Shown here one piece after another: positions 18,558 to 29,578 of a stretch of DNA of 64,000 nt. The notes beneath the pieces are model-generated. The model ran no database searches. It was not told where the DNA came from and worked only from the letters and a program-made list of their open reading frames with translations. Source of the stretch: Lachnospiraceae bacterium. Lineage in GTDB: Bacteria > Bacillota_I > Bacilli_A > RFN20 > CAG-826. The position numbers and the translations under genes are program-made. The stretch's first letter is position 1; every line of letters starts with the position of its first letter. The stretch lies in NCBI GenBank assembly GCA_963654425.1, contig CAVKAR010000003.1, forward strand, positions 7,372-71,371. Reading direction: 5' to 3'.

Positions 18558-20625
18558 AGTAGCATCTCCCTCCTTCTTTCCAATCGTCTGTCTCATGGGT
18601 GGTGTAACCAATCGCGCAGACTTCGCTGAGCATATGCTTTTTGCCAGTGGCGTTTCCTTTATAGTTGCCGCCTTCTCTCGCGAAATTGAATTTGAGGCCT
18701 CTCTGACGATTTTGTTCTTCAATCATCTCGGCATATGTCTTCCAGTTGGTGGTCCAGGTCTCGAAGTTGCTGTCTTTGGTGCTGATTCTCTTCGTGGAAC
18801 TGTAATTCTTGATACGTTTTTCCATATCATCGTCAGCGAACTTGACGGTCCCATCCTCGATGAGCTTTTGGAAGATATAGGTGCTCATGGCGCCGTTATA
18901 GTTCTTAAGGGCGCTCGTGATGCGGCTTTGTCTCGTATTCCAAGCGGCGGATTGAGAATCTTTTTCGTTGTTGTAGTTGACGTAGGTGAGCTTATTCGCG
19001 CCATCTTCGGTGGTCGGATAATTGCTCTCGCCCGGCTTATACATCGTGTAGTATTCGCTGAGGGTGCTCGTGGCCGCCTTATCTTCCGTGTTAGCAGGCG
19101 TATAGAAGCTGCCATCGAGATCAAGGCCGCTGCGCTGGACAACGATGAAGTGGATGCCTTGATAGCTGCTTGCCCCGGCTCTCACGGCCAAAATGATATT
19201 GCCTTCATCATTCGTCAAAACGTTATGAGTGAAGTTTGGCAAGACATTGGTCGTGTCATATTGGAAACCAGGAAGAGCCCCATAAGTCTCGCTATAAACG
19301 CCGTTATAGGAGTCAGCAGAAATGCTGGAATCGTTATAAGCAATCTCGTTCGGGGTGATGACGCAGATATTGTGCTTATTAAAATATTTATTAAAGAGGA
19401 TATTGCGCGGGTAGAAAGTGGCTTTGCCGCCCCAGACGTCGCTGCCATTGGCATCGGTGGTGATTTTGGCCGCTTTCAATAAGGCAACGGCTGCTCCATA
19501 AGGGATTTGGCCGATACCGGTATATTCGCCGTTATCGTCTTTCTCGCCATTATTGAAGAAATCGTAAATCGTGGTGCCGGTCGAATCGAGGACCTGGGTA
19601 TCATCGACGGTGTCACCGCTGACGCTTGTCGCCCCTTCCGTGAGCCCTGGGGTGAGGGTGGCGACGTTGCTATCATAGAAACTCTTCTCATCGCCCGTGG
19701 TGCTCTTATAGGCTTGGTTATAGAGGGTTTCGAAAGCGTAGGTCCCGAGTTTGAATTCATTGACGAGGTCGCTTTCCATGACCTTGGTCATCGGGTTATC
19801 GAGCTCGCCATAGTTGGTGGCGCTTGAAGTATCTTCGGAATCTTTTGCGATTTCATAAAAGGCTTCGCGTCTAGAATCTTCGGTGGTGCCATCCTGCGTA
19901 TTGGCGCCCGCTAAACGCATAATCGTCGTCGAGAGCTTGGTGGCTTCGCCAGCTGAGCTCTTGTCTTCGCTGATCTCGCCTTGCGTGTAATCACCGCTTG
20001 CGGCGCTGACCTTCACCAAGATATGACGGATGTTCATCGGGACTTGCTCTTTGATCCATCCGCGGTTCTCGATGCCGTAGTCATCGCTTGCGCTCATGAA
20101 ATAATCGCTGCTTGTCAAACCGCTCTTCGAACCATCGCGGATTGTCTCGAGATAATCGTTGTACCAATTGTTCTCATACTGCTTTTTCTCTTCTTGATAG
20201 AGATAGTAGTCCTTGAGCTCAACGAGATTGTCCACGCCGAGATTGTCAAAGATCTTCTCAAGCTCTTCGCGAACGGTCGTTCCGTTGCTGTCGGCGTTTT
20301 TGGTCGCGGTTTGGATTTGGCTTGCGACGCTTGACTCAGCCTCCCTTTCGCATTTAGCCAAACTCGCCTTATAAGTTGAATCGGTGGCGTAAAGCTTGCG
20401 AATGAGAACCTCATAGACCTTGTCGAATTCGGTCGAGGCACTGTTGCCAGCCTGCTGATAGCTCTTCAAAAGCTCGCTGGCGGTATAGGAAATGGTCTTC
20501 CCCTGCGCAGTCGTATAAGTAAAAATTGTGCCATCGTTGGACTGGGTTGGCTTATTGCAGGAAGCCAAGGCAGCGCATGTGGCAAGCAACGTTACTAGAC
20601 ATAGAGCGGATTTAGTTTTCTTCAT
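18547..20625 (-). CDS. Large lipoprotein with a parvulin-type PPIase signature split by insertions (PrsA-like foldase)
   Basis: Start trimmed to the ATG at 20625 behind the SD AAGGAGGAG. Signal MKKTKSALCLVTLLATCAALASC. Parvulin landmarks: NIRHILVKV, FYEIAKDSEDTSSATNYGELD...VNEFKLGTYAFETL and, much further on, SYQGIHFIVVQ. Confidence 0.6.
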   Translation of the reverse strand: MKKTKSALCLVTLLATCAALASCNKPTQSNDGTIFTYTTAQGKTISYTASELLKSYQQAGNSASTEFDKVYEVLIRKLYATDSTYKASLAKCEREAESSVASQIQTATKNADSNGTTVREELEKIFDNLGVDNLVELKDYYLYQEEKKQYENNWYNDYLETIRDGSKSGLTSSDYFMSASDDYGIENRGWIKEQVPMNIRHILVKVSAASGDYTQGEISEDKSSAGEATKLSTTIMRLAGANTQDGTTEDSRREAFYEIAKDSEDTSSATNYGELDNPMTKVMESDLVNEFKLGTYAFETLYNQAYKSTTGDEKSFYDSNVATLTPGLTEGATSVSGDTVDDTQVLDSTGTTIYDFFNNGEKDDNGEYTGIGQIPYGAAVALLKAAKITTDANGSDVWGGKATFYPRNILFNKYFNKHNICVITPNEIAYNDSSISADSYNGVYSETYGALPGFQYDTTNVLPNFTHNVLTNDEGNIILAVRAGASSYQGIHFIVVQRSGLDLDGSFYTPANTEDKAATSTLSEYYTMYKPGESNYPTTEDGANKLTYVNYNNEKDSQSAAWNTRQSRITSALKNYNGAMSTYIFQKLIEDGTVKFADDDMEKRIKNYSSTKRISTKDSNFETWTTNWKTYAEMIEEQNRQRGLKFNFAREGGNYKGNATGKKHMLSEVCAIGYTTHETDDWKEGGRCYYVQ

Positions 20626-20740
20626 TATTGATTCGCTCCTCCTTAAACATAATTGCTCGATAAGTTTATTCTCTTTAGAGAATGGGCGCAACATATAAAA
20701 TAAGCCATTTTGCCAGGCCTCTTTTTTGTGGTCGTATTAT

Positions 20741-20769
20741 TTGCGCCCGCCTTGACGCGATATTAGAAT
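20741..20769 (+). promoter_or_regulatory. Candidate sigma-A promoter of the suf operon
   Basis: TTGCGC (20741-46), 17 nt spacer, TAGAAT (20764-69), about 25 nt upstream of the sufC ATG. Confidence 0.3.
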
Positions 20770-20793
20770 TAAGTGCATTTTTTGGAGCGAACG

Positions 20794-21624
20794 ATGTCTA
20801 CATTGAAGATTGATAACTTGCACGTCTCAACGAAGGGCACGCCGATATTGCGCGGCGTGAACCTCGAGATAAACGAAGGGGAGACCGTTGCTCTCCTCGG
20901 CCCAAACGGTCACGGGAAAAGCACATTGCTTGCCGCGATTATGGGCAACCCCTCTTATTCGGTCAACGAAGGCTCGATTACCCTTGACGGCAAGGATGTT
21001 TTATCCCTTACGACCGATGAGCGCTCGAAAGCCGGCTTATTCCTTGGAATGCAATACCCAAGCGAAATACCGGGCCTCAATTCGGCGGATTTTCTGAAAG
21101 CCGCAATCAACGCCCATCGCGAAAAGCCGATGAAGCTTTTCGAATTCTACAATGTGCTTCAAAAAGCCTACAAAGAAATCGGTATTCCTTTCGAGATGAG
21201 CAAGCGCAACCTCAATGAAGGGTTCTCCGGCGGCGAGAAAAAGCGCAACGAGATTCTGCAGATGCGCCTCTTGTCGCCGAAAATCGCCATGCTTGATGAA
21301 ATCGACTCCGGGTTGGACGTAGACGCCCTTCAAATTGTTTCCGATAGCATTTTGAAACAGCAAGCAGAGGGCACCGGCTTTTTGATCATCAGCCATTACG
21401 CAAGGCTCTATGAATTATTGAAACCGAGCAAAGCCGCGATATTGATTAACGGCAGAATCGCCGTGACAGGCGGGAGAGAGCTCATCGAGAGGGTCGACAA
21501 AGAGGGCTATGAATGGATTCACCGCGAACTCGGAATCAACATCGAAAAAGAGACCAACGCCCCTATGAATCAAGTTAGCATCGGCGTCTGCGCCACGAAG
21601 GAAAAGACGAATGGCAACAAATAA
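20794..21624 (+). CDS. sufC: Fe-S cluster assembly ATPase SufC
   Basis: Start trimmed to the ATG at 20794 (MSTLKIDNLHV). Motifs: Walker A GPNGHGKST, signature FSGGEKKRNEI, Walker B AMLDEIDSGLD. Confidence 0.9.
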   Translation: MSTLKIDNLHVSTKGTPILRGVNLEINEGETVALLGPNGHGKSTLLAAIMGNPSYSVNEGSITLDGKDVLSLTTDERSKAGLFLGMQYPSEIPGLNSADFLKAAINAHREKPMKLFEFYNVLQKAYKEIGIPFEMSKRNLNEGFSGGEKKRNEILQMRLLSPKIAMLDEIDSGLDVDALQIVSDSILKQQAEGTGFLIISHYARLYELLKPSKAAILINGRIAVTGGRELIERVDKEGYEWIHRELGINIEKETNAPMNQVSIGVCATKEKTNGNK

Positions 21625-22297
21625 ATTGTGCTATATCGACGAGATACCATCCCATATTTCTTTGATGGTTGAGGAAAACGATTGCCTCAAAATCGAAATC
21701 GCATCCTTCAGGAAACTTGGCGATATCGATATTTGCCTGGACATCAAAAGAAACGGCAGGGCGGAAATCGCTTTCGCCGATTTTTCCAATGAAAGCGGGA
21801 AAGTGACTTCAACGATCAATCTAGTTGGCGAAGGCGCCTCTTTTTCGTGGAACCTCGCATCTTTGGCGAAAAGCGAAGACATCAAGGAATTTACCCCTTC
21901 CGTCTATCACAAGGCCCCTCATACGGAGGCCATGGTGAGAAATTACGGAATCTGCCGCGACCGATCATCTCTCTTTTTTCTCGGCGAATCCTCGATTTTC
22001 CATGGCGCGGTAAAATCAAAAACCAGACAAGAGGCCAAACTTATCGTTTTCGATGAGAAATGCCGGGGCAAGGCCTCGCCAGTTCTCAATATCTCGGAAA
22101 ACGATGTCGAGGCTAGCCACGGGGCGGCCGTGGGGAAACTCAGCGAAATGCATTTGTTCTACCTCATGAGCAGAGGGCTTGATCGAGAAGAGGCCAAACG
22201 CCTTATCACCCTCGGTTACTTGAAACCGATTGAGAACCATTTTGAGAAAGAAGAAATCAAAGAGAGAATCGACCAGGCGATCGAAGGAGGGATATAG
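21611..22297 (+). CDS. sufD: SufD-like Fe-S assembly protein (short form, 228 aa)
   Basis: C-terminal SufB/D core ([33 protein letters not shown]) and a position between sufC and sufS. Confidence 0.7.
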   Translation: MATNKLCYIDEIPSHISLMVEENDCLKIEIASFRKLGDIDICLDIKRNGRAEIAFADFSNESGKVTSTINLVGEGASFSWNLASLAKSEDIKEFTPSVYHKAPHTEAMVRNYGICRDRSSLFFLGESSIFHGAVKSKTRQEAKLIVFDEKCRGKASPVLNISENDVEASHGAAVGKLSEMHLFYLMSRGLDREEAKRLITLGYLKPIENHFEKEEIKERIDQAIEGGI

Positions 22298-22298
22298 G

Positions 22299-23531
22299 AT
22301 GTTTGACGTTTGCAAGATCCGTCAGGATTTCCCGATGTTCCGCAACAACATCAAAATGCAGGGCAAACCCCTCATTTGGCTAGATAACGCTTCAACGACT
22401 TTTAAGCCGGACTGCGTAAAAGAAGCGGTGGATGCTTATTACGAGAGCGAGACGAGCAATAGCCATCGCGGCGATTACGATCTCTGCGCGAATATCGATA
22501 AGAAAATTCTCGATAGCAGAGAGACCGTCGCCCGTTTTCTGAATGCCAAAACCGAAGAGATCGTCTTTACCTCAGGCACTACCAATTCCCTGAACCTCGT
22601 TGCTTTCGGATACGGCGTCAAATACCTTGGCAAAGAAGACGAGATTCTTTTGACGGAGGCTGAGCACGCCTCGAATGTCTTGCCTTGGTATAAGGTGAGC
22701 GAAATGACAGGAGCCAAAATCAAGTTCATTCCGCTTGATTCTACGGGCCGCCTAACAGCGGAAAATCTCCGCAAAACCATTACCAAAAATACGAAAATCG
22801 TTTCTGTGGCCATGGTTACGAATGTGCTTGGCTATATCGCGCCTATCAAAGAATTAGCGAAGATTTGCCACGATTTTGGCGCTTTGCTCGTTTGCGATGG
22901 AGCCCAATCCGTTCCCCATATGAAGACCGACGTCCAGGATCTTGATTGCGATTTCTTGGCTTTCAGCGGGCATAAGCTATGCGGCCCAACCGGCATCGGC
23001 GCCTTATACGGAAAATTCGATTTATTGAAGAAAATGGAGCCGTTCATGACCGGCGGAGGGATGAATGCCAAATTCGATTTGTGCGGCGATGTCGCTTACT
23101 TGGAGCCGCCCCTCCGTTTCGAGGCAGGCACTCAGAATATCGAAGGCATTCTTGGCTTAAAGGCCGCGATCGATTACATTTCCTCCATCGGTATCGATAA
23201 CATCGAGTCATATGAGCGAGAGCTTAAAAGATATGCCGTCGAGGAAATAAAGAAGACCGATAACGCCATCATCTATAACGAAGAGAGTGAAGCCGGCATT
23301 GTGACCTTCAACATAAAAGACGTTTTCGCTCAAGATGCGGCAACCTTCCTCAATTCGCGGGGCATTGCCTGCAGAAGCGGTCAGCACTGCGCGAAAATCC
23401 TCAATGATTTCCTGAAAACCGTTGCCACAATCCGCGCCTCATTCTACTTTTACACGACGAAAGAAGACATTGACGCGCTCGTCGATGCCATAAAACACGG
23501 AAAGGAGTTCTTGGATGCCTACTTCATTTGA
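22299..23531 (+). CDS. sufS: Cysteine desulfurase SufS (class V aminotransferase)
   Basis: Start trimmed to the ATG at 22299 (MFDVCKIRQDFPMF). PLP-Lys region FSGHKLCGPTGIG and catalytic Cys region RSGQHCA. Confidence 0.9.
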   Translation: MFDVCKIRQDFPMFRNNIKMQGKPLIWLDNASTTFKPDCVKEAVDAYYESETSNSHRGDYDLCANIDKKILDSRETVARFLNAKTEEIVFTSGTTNSLNLVAFGYGVKYLGKEDEILLTEAEHASNVLPWYKVSEMTGAKIKFIPLDSTGRLTAENLRKTITKNTKIVSVAMVTNVLGYIAPIKELAKICHDFGALLVCDGAQSVPHMKTDVQDLDCDFLAFSGHKLCGPTGIGALYGKFDLLKKMEPFMTGGGMNAKFDLCGDVAYLEPPLRFEAGTQNIEGILGLKAAIDYISSIGIDNIESYERELKRYAVEEIKKTDNAIIYNEESEAGIVTFNIKDVFAQDAATFLNSRGIACRSGQHCAKILNDFLKTVATIRASFYFYTTKEDIDALVDAIKHGKEFLDAYFI

Positions 23532-23961
23532 ATTAACCCCATCGATGATGAGAGAGATCATCATGGATCATTATTCCTCTCCCAGCCATAAAGGCGTGCC
23601 TAGTGAGGAGGGTTATCAGAAAATCCATACCGATTCAGTGAACTGCATCGATGATTTCGACATTTATCTCAAAAGCAAAGACGGCGTTGTCGTCGATGCG
23701 AAATGGGACGGGGTCGCTTGCACGATCTCAAGCTCGAGCACCGATATCCTTTGTGAGCAAGTCATCGGCAAGGACTTCCCTTCCGCCGAATACATGATCA
23801 GTCAATATCTGAATATGATCGAGGAAAAACCGTACGACGATTCAGTGCTCGATGAAGCGCTCGTTTTCATGAATACGGGAAAGCAGGCGGCAAGGATCCA
23901 TTGTGCCACCATGGGCTGGACGGCGATGGATGAGCTCCTCAAAAAGAAAGAGGGGGATTGA
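23515..23961 (+). CDS. sufU: Fe-S scaffold / sulfur acceptor SufU (IscU/NifU-N-like)
   Basis: 148 aa with the [11 protein letters not shown]-terminus and conserved Cys positions (NCID..., GVACTIS, RIHCATM). An SD AAAGGAG lies 7 nt upstream. Confidence 0.85.
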   Translation: MPTSFELTPSMMREIIMDHYSSPSHKGVPSEEGYQKIHTDSVNCIDDFDIYLKSKDGVVVDAKWDGVACTISSSSTDILCEQVIGKDFPSAEYMISQYLNMIEEKPYDDSVLDEALVFMNTGKQAARIHCATMGWTAMDELLKKKEGD

Positions 23962-23963
23962 AG

Positions 23964-25361
23964 ATGGCTGACACTAAATTCCTTGATGAGCAATACAAAT
24001 ACGATTTCAAAACCGATGCGAAAGTGATTTTCTCAACCGGGGAGGGGCTCAATGACGAAGTCGTGAAAGCCATCAGCCGCGAAAAGCATGAACCGGAGTG
24101 GATGAAAGAATTCCGCCTCAAGGCGCTTCATGAATTCCTTAGGCTTCCAATGCCAAGCTATGGCCCTGATTTAAGCTTCCTCGATTTCGATCATTACACC
24201 TACTTCACGCGTGTTGCAGCCGCTGAGACCAAGGACTGGGATGCGGTTCCTGCCGCCGTCAAGAATACCTTCGACAAATTGGGCATCCCAGAGGCTGAGC
24301 AAAAGTATCTTTCCGGCGTCACGACCCAATACGAGTCGGAAGTCGTTTATCACAACATGCTGCAGGAAGTGGAAGAAAAAGGCGTCATCTTCCTTTCGAC
24401 AGATATGGGCCTCCAGCTTTATCCTGACCTATTCAGGAAATATTTCGGGACGGTCGTCCCTATCGCCGATAACAAATTCTCAGCCCTCAATGGCGCTGTC
24501 TGGAGCGGTGGTTCTTTCATTTACGTCCCGAAGGGCGTCAAGTTAGAAAAGCCACTTCAATCTTACTTCCGCATCAACAATGAAAAGACCGGCCAATTCG
24601 AAAGAACGCTCATTATCTGCGATGAAGGCAGCGATATTCACTATATTGAAGGCTGCACGGCCCCGATTTACAGCAAAGAATCGCTTCATAGCGGAGTTGT
24701 CGAAATCGTGGTTCTCAAAGGCGCGCATTGCCGCTACAGCACGGTGCAAAACTGGAGCAGCAATATCGTCAATCTCGTCACCCAACGCGCGAAAGTAGGG
24801 GAAAACGGCTTCATGGAATGGGTCGATGGCAATATCGGAAGCATGCGCAATATGAAATACCCTGCCTGCATTTTGGAAGGGGATGGGGCTAAAGGAAGCG
24901 CGATTTCCATTGCCGTTGGCGGCAAGAACCAATTCCAGGATAATGGGGCGAGGATGATCCACATCGGCAAAAACACCTCTTCGACCATCATCAGCAAATC
25001 CATCTGCAAAAATGGCGGCACCGCCAATTACAGAGGAACGGTGCGCATTATGCCGGGGGCGAGCAATTCCTTTGCCCACGAAGAATGCGATACATTGATT
25101 TTGGATGATTTTTCGCACAGCGACACGATCCCGAAAAACGAGGTTTTCAATTCCTCAAGCACTTTGGAACACGAAGCTACGGTATCGAAAATCAATGAAG
25201 AGCAGCTGTTCTATCTCATGAGCCGCGGCTTAAGCGAAGAGCAAGCAACGCAAATGATCGTCATGGGATTCATAGAGCCATTCTCAAAGGAGCTTCCGAT
25301 GGAATACGCTGTTGAGCTCAATCAGCTCATCAAGCTCGATATGTCGGATTCGATCGGCTAA
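23964..25361 (+). CDS. sufB: Fe-S cluster assembly protein SufB
   Basis: The track starts at a TTG (23958); the ATG at 23964 ([15 protein letters not shown]) follows the SD. Typical SufB C-terminus [21 protein letters not shown]. Confidence 0.9.
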   Translation: MADTKFLDEQYKYDFKTDAKVIFSTGEGLNDEVVKAISREKHEPEWMKEFRLKALHEFLRLPMPSYGPDLSFLDFDHYTYFTRVAAAETKDWDAVPAAVKNTFDKLGIPEAEQKYLSGVTTQYESEVVYHNMLQEVEEKGVIFLSTDMGLQLYPDLFRKYFGTVVPIADNKFSALNGAVWSGGSFIYVPKGVKLEKPLQSYFRINNEKTGQFERTLIICDEGSDIHYIEGCTAPIYSKESLHSGVVEIVVLKGAHCRYSTVQNWSSNIVNLVTQRAKVGENGFMEWVDGNIGSMRNMKYPACILEGDGAKGSAISIAVGGKNQFQDNGARMIHIGKNTSSTIISKSICKNGGTANYRGTVRIMPGASNSFAHEECDTLILDDFSHSDTIPKNEVFNSSSTLEHEATVSKINEEQLFYLMSRGLSEEQATQMIVMGFIEPFSKELPMEYAVELNQLIKLDMSDSIG

Positions 25362-25363
25362 AG

Positions 25364-27232
25364 ATGGATTACGATATCATCGTCATAGGTGGAGGCCATG
25401 CTGGAGTCGAGGCATCTTTAGCCTCCGCTCATATGGGGTTACGAACGCTTCTTGTGACTCTGAACAAGAAAATGATCGCCAATATGCCGTGCAATCCCCA
25501 CATCGGGGGGAGCGCCAAAGGAATCGTCGTTCGGGAGATCGACGCCCTTGGCGGATTCATGGGCATTGCGGCCGATCATCATCCGCTGCAGATCAAAATG
25601 CTCAATACTGGCAAAGGGCCAGGCGTCCAGTGTTTGCGGGCGCAAGAAGATAAACGTGGGTATCCTGCATACGTTCAAAGCGTTGTTTTATCAACGCCGA
25701 ACCTTACCGTCATAGAAGAAGAAGTAGAAAGCCTTCTCCACGATGAGAAGAAGGTGTATGGGATTCGCCTTAAAAACGGGGAAGAGATTGCCTCCAAAGC
25801 CGTCATCATCACGACCGGGACTTATTTAGACAGCAAGATAATCTCCGGCAACGACATTCATGACGGCGGGCCTGATGGGGAAAAATCCTCCATCGGATTA
25901 GGCGACTCATTGCGCGAGATGGGAATCGAGCTTTTTAGGCTCAAAACAGGAACGCCTCCGCGCTTAGACAAAAAAACCATCGATTTCTCGAAAGGCCTCA
26001 TTCAGCCAGGGATGGACGGGGAGCTGGCTTTTTCTTACGCAAGCAAATCTTTCACCCCTTTGGATAAGCAACTCCCTTGCTATTTGATTTACACAACCGA
26101 TGAGACTTTGCGCTTGATTAAGCAAAATCTCAGCAAATCGGCGGTAACCAATGGGACGATTCAGGGAATCGGGCCACGTTATTGCCCGTCGATTGAAAGC
26201 AAAGTAGTTCGTTTTGCCGACAAGGAGAAACATCAATTGTTCCTTGAGCCGGAGTTTGAGGATGGGGAGAGCATCTATCTACAAGGTTTTTCAAATGGCT
26301 TCCCTCATGATATCCAAGAAGCTTTGGTTCGCACTTTGCCAGGGTGCGAGAAAGCAGTGCTTCTGAAAGACGCCTATCAAATAGAATACGAAGCCATCAA
26401 ACCGCTTCAGTTCGACGCCACTTTGCGCTTGAAAAAATACCAAGGGTTGTATGGAGCTGGGCAAATATGCGGCACGAGCGGATACGAAGAAGCGGCTGGC
26501 TTAGGGCTAATGGCTGGCATAAACGCCGCGCTTTTCGTAAAAGGCGAGGAGCCATTCATCCTCAGGAGAGATGAGAGCTATATCGGCGTCATGATTGATG
26601 ATTTGGTCACGAAAGGAACCGATGAGCCATACCGCCTTATGTCTTCAAGGGCCGAATATCGCTTGTTGCTTCGCCACGACAATGCGGATAAGCGTCTTAC
26701 GGAATATGGATATAAACTTGGCCTTATTTCCGAGAAAAGATACAAGAGCTTCCTTAAGAAATACGAACGAATCGACAAAGCCATCGATGCTTTGGATCGC
26801 ACAATAAGCTCGAGGAGCAAATTCAGATTCGTTTTGAAAGAGAAGGGGTTCCGCGATTACCAAGTGGGGCATAAGGCCATCGAGCTCTTAAAGCGGCCTG
26901 GGATTGGCTATCGCGATCTTGCCCCTTTTGTTCCGAAAACCCGAAAACTGGCGATGGATGATGCTTCCGTCCTCTCCCTTGAAACAAAGGTAAAATATGA
27001 AGGATACATCCAAAAAGAGCTTAGAGATGCCAAAAACGCCGCCAAACTCGAATATATCAAACTGCCGGAGGATATCGATTACCCATCTTTAGACGGCTTG
27101 GCTTTGGAAGCTAGGCAAAAGCTAAACGACGTTAAGCCGCGAACTCTCGGTCAAGCGAGTAGAATAAGCGGTGTAAACCCGAGCGACATCTCCATTTTGC
27201 TATTGCTCTTACGCAAGCGAGGTATCTTATGA
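25364..27232 (+). CDS. mnmG: tRNA uridine 5-carboxymethylaminomethyl modification enzyme MnmG (GidA)
   Basis: N-terminus YDIIVIGGGHAGVEA, motifs GPRYCPSIE and GQICGTSGYEEAA, length 622 aa. Confidence 0.95.
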   Translation: MDYDIIVIGGGHAGVEASLASAHMGLRTLLVTLNKKMIANMPCNPHIGGSAKGIVVREIDALGGFMGIAADHHPLQIKMLNTGKGPGVQCLRAQEDKRGYPAYVQSVVLSTPNLTVIEEEVESLLHDEKKVYGIRLKNGEEIASKAVIITTGTYLDSKIISGNDIHDGGPDGEKSSIGLGDSLREMGIELFRLKTGTPPRLDKKTIDFSKGLIQPGMDGELAFSYASKSFTPLDKQLPCYLIYTTDETLRLIKQNLSKSAVTNGTIQGIGPRYCPSIESKVVRFADKEKHQLFLEPEFEDGESIYLQGFSNGFPHDIQEALVRTLPGCEKAVLLKDAYQIEYEAIKPLQFDATLRLKKYQGLYGAGQICGTSGYEEAAGLGLMAGINAALFVKGEEPFILRRDESYIGVMIDDLVTKGTDEPYRLMSSRAEYRLLLRHDNADKRLTEYGYKLGLISEKRYKSFLKKYERIDKAIDALDRTISSRSKFRFVLKEKGFRDYQVGHKAIELLKRPGIGYRDLAPFVPKTRKLAMDDASVLSLETKVKYEGYIQKELRDAKNAAKLEYIKLPEDIDYPSLDGLALEARQKLNDVKPRTLGQASRISGVNPSDISILLLLLRKRGIL

Positions 27233-27924
27233 ACTATGCCGATCTTCAAACTTCTTTCAGCCCTTTTTTCACTCTTTCTTCTTCTCAGATTGAGCAATTA
27301 GCCTATTACTGCTCTTTGCTTCGGGAGTGGAATGAAAAAATGAATCTTACGGCTATCGTCGATGAGGATAAAATCATCGAAAAGCACTTTTATGATTGCT
27401 TAATTCCCGCAAAAAGCGCTTATTTTAAAGGAAAAACGATTTTAGATGTCGGCTCAGGAGCTGGTTTTCCTGGTTTGGTCTTCGCCATTGCCTTCCCTGA
27501 TAAGAAGGTCACTTTGGTGGACGCTACAGCCAAAAAATGCTCTTTTTTGTCCGAGGTCAGCAAATCGCTGAAATTGAGCAATGTCACAGTCATCAATAAA
27601 CGCGCTGAAGAACTGAATGACCGCGATCATTTTGATTTGGTTTGCGCTCGGGCGGTTGCGCCTTTGCCAACTTTGCTAGAAATCACCGCCCCCTTTGCCA
27701 AGGTTCATGGAATCGTTTTGGCCATGAAGGGGGATAAAGGGGAAGAAGAGCTTCAAAATAGCCACCGGGCTATCTCTCTTCTCGACCTCCATTTGCTTGA
27801 GAAAAACGTGGACGAATTGCCAAACGACGAAGGAAAGCGCGTCAATATCTTCTTCGAGAAAGGGGCAAAAACGCAAAAAAGATTCCCTCGCAAATGGAGT
27901 GATATTCATTCAAAACCACTCTAG
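27229..27924 (+). CDS. rsmG: 16S rRNA (guanine527-N7)-methyltransferase RsmG (GidB)
   Basis: SAM motif LDVGSGAGFPG and a position downstream of mnmG with a 4-nt overlap. Confidence 0.9.
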   Translation: MNYADLQTSFSPFFTLSSSQIEQLAYYCSLLREWNEKMNLTAIVDEDKIIEKHFYDCLIPAKSAYFKGKTILDVGSGAGFPGLVFAIAFPDKKVTLVDATAKKCSFLSEVSKSLKLSNVTVINKRAEELNDRDHFDLVCARAVAPLPTLLEITAPFAKVHGIVLAMKGDKGEEELQNSHRAISLLDLHLLEKNVDELPNDEGKRVNIFFEKGAKTQKRFPRKWSDIHSKPL

Positions 27925-27966
27925 AGAAATCTAGGAAACATTCTGCGCGGATGCTACTATTTCACT

Positions 27967-28734
27967 ATGTCATTCATTATCTCGATCGCCAACCAAAAAG
28001 GCGGCGTTGGCAAAACAACGACCGCGATCAATCTCTCTTCAGCCATTGCCAAGAGCAAAAAAGTCCTTTTGGTGGATATGGATCCGCAAGGAAACGCCGG
28101 GCGTGGATTGGGGATTGACGTGAATGGCCTCCGTTATGCCACAAATGACGTTTTGCTTTCTTCTTGCTCTCCTAGCAAAGCAATTGTTTCGTCTTCGATC
28201 GCGAATCTCGATGTCTTGCCAAGCAATCTGCATTTGGCTTCTTTGGACGCCGATATCCAGTCGCTTCATATCACTTCGCCTTTTTTCCTTTTGAAAAATG
28301 TCTTAGAGAAAATAAAAGACCAATATGATTACGTGATTATCGACTGCCCGCCTTCCTTAGGGCTTCTTTCCATCAATTCGCTCGTCGCGAGTTCTTCCGT
28401 TTTGATACCGGTGCAATGCGAATATTTCGCGATGGAAGCCGTGGCGGCGATTTTAGCCTCTATCCGCAAAATCCAAGGCGAATACAATCACACCCTCAAA
28501 ATAGAGGGTTTCCTTTTGACGATGTATGACGCGAGAGCCTCTTTGTGCACGGAAGTCGCTCAGCAAGTGCGCGGGTTATTCAAAGAAAACACCTTCTCCA
28601 CGATGATTCCGCGCAATATCTCTCTCCCGGCGGCGAGCGCTAGAGGAGAGCCTGTCACCACATACAAACCAACTAGCCAAGGCAGTCTAGCTTATCAATC
28701 TTTGGCGCGCGAGATCCTCCTTAACCATGAATAA
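27967..28734 (+). CDS. parA: Chromosome partitioning ATPase ParA/Soj
   Basis: Deviant Walker [12 protein letters not shown], a DCPPSLG motif, and the paired parB. Confidence 0.9.
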   Translation: MSFIISIANQKGGVGKTTTAINLSSAIAKSKKVLLVDMDPQGNAGRGLGIDVNGLRYATNDVLLSSCSPSKAIVSSSIANLDVLPSNLHLASLDADIQSLHITSPFFLLKNVLEKIKDQYDYVIIDCPPSLGLLSINSLVASSSVLIPVQCEYFAMEAVAAILASIRKIQGEYNHTLKIEGFLLTMYDARASLCTEVAQQVRGLFKENTFSTMIPRNISLPAASARGEPVTTYKPTSQGSLAYQSLAREILLNHE

Positions 28735-29578
28735 AGGAAAGAAAAGCATCATCAAAACCTCTCTTAACGAGCTCGTGAGGAAATTCTCCGAGAATGACGT
28801 TATCGCGAGGATGGAAAAAGAATATCAATCGCAGGGTGGCAATAGCGTCCCTCTTTCCTTGATCGACGATAATTCTTTCGTGAAGAAAGTGCGGCTTTCT
28901 CCTGAATCCATTGACCGGATTTCAAAAGGGATTACCGAACGTGGCCTTTTCAATCCGCTCGTCGTGCGCCCGAGCGGCTCCCACTACGAATTGATTCTCG
29001 GGCGGCGGAGATATTTCGGCGCCAAGAAAGCCGGATTAAGCGAGGTGCCTTGCGTCAAGGTTGAGGCAGGGGATGAAGAAATGCTCCTCATGCTTCTTGC
29101 CGATAATCGCGACCAAAGAGAGGCTAACGTGGTGGAAATGGCCATTCTTTACAAAGCTTTGGTTGACCGTTTTTCCTACACCCAAAGCACATTGGCTTCC
29201 CTTTCCCATCAATCGCGTTCCCAAGTCACGAACATCATGCGTTTGCTTTCTTTGCCCGATAAAGTGCTCATGGAAGTGAGTGACGGAAGTCTTTCCTATG
29301 GGCACGCTAGAGCTATTTTGTCATTGAGCGATGATGAGATTGAGAGGATAACCAAGAGAATTCATGAGGAAAATCTTTCGGTCCGTGATACGGAAACGCT
29401 CTCGCGGCAACTCTCAAACCGCCTCCCATCGATTTCCCCTGACCCTACTAGCCTCATCAAAGAAGCAAGCGGGGCCAAAACGGTGATTGATCGCCGCTTA
29501 TCCGTCACTTTCGAATTCAATGACGAAGCTGACAAACAGCGTTTTTTGGAAAGAGTCAAAACATATGAAACTAAATGA
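28727..29578 (+). CDS. parB: Chromosome partitioning protein ParB/Spo0J
   Basis: ParB box [10 protein letters not shown]...[17 protein letters not shown] and an HTH region ([24 protein letters not shown]). Confidence 0.9.
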   Translation: MNKGKKSIIKTSLNELVRKFSENDVIARMEKEYQSQGGNSVPLSLIDDNSFVKKVRLSPESIDRISKGITERGLFNPLVVRPSGSHYELILGRRRYFGAKKAGLSEVPCVKVEAGDEEMLLMLLADNRDQREANVVEMAILYKALVDRFSYTQSTLASLSHQSRSQVTNIMRLLSLPDKVLMEVSDGSLSYGHARAILSLSDDEIERITKRIHEENLSVRDTETLSRQLSNRLPSISPDPTSLIKEASGAKTVIDRRLSVTFEFNDEADKQRFLERVKTYETK

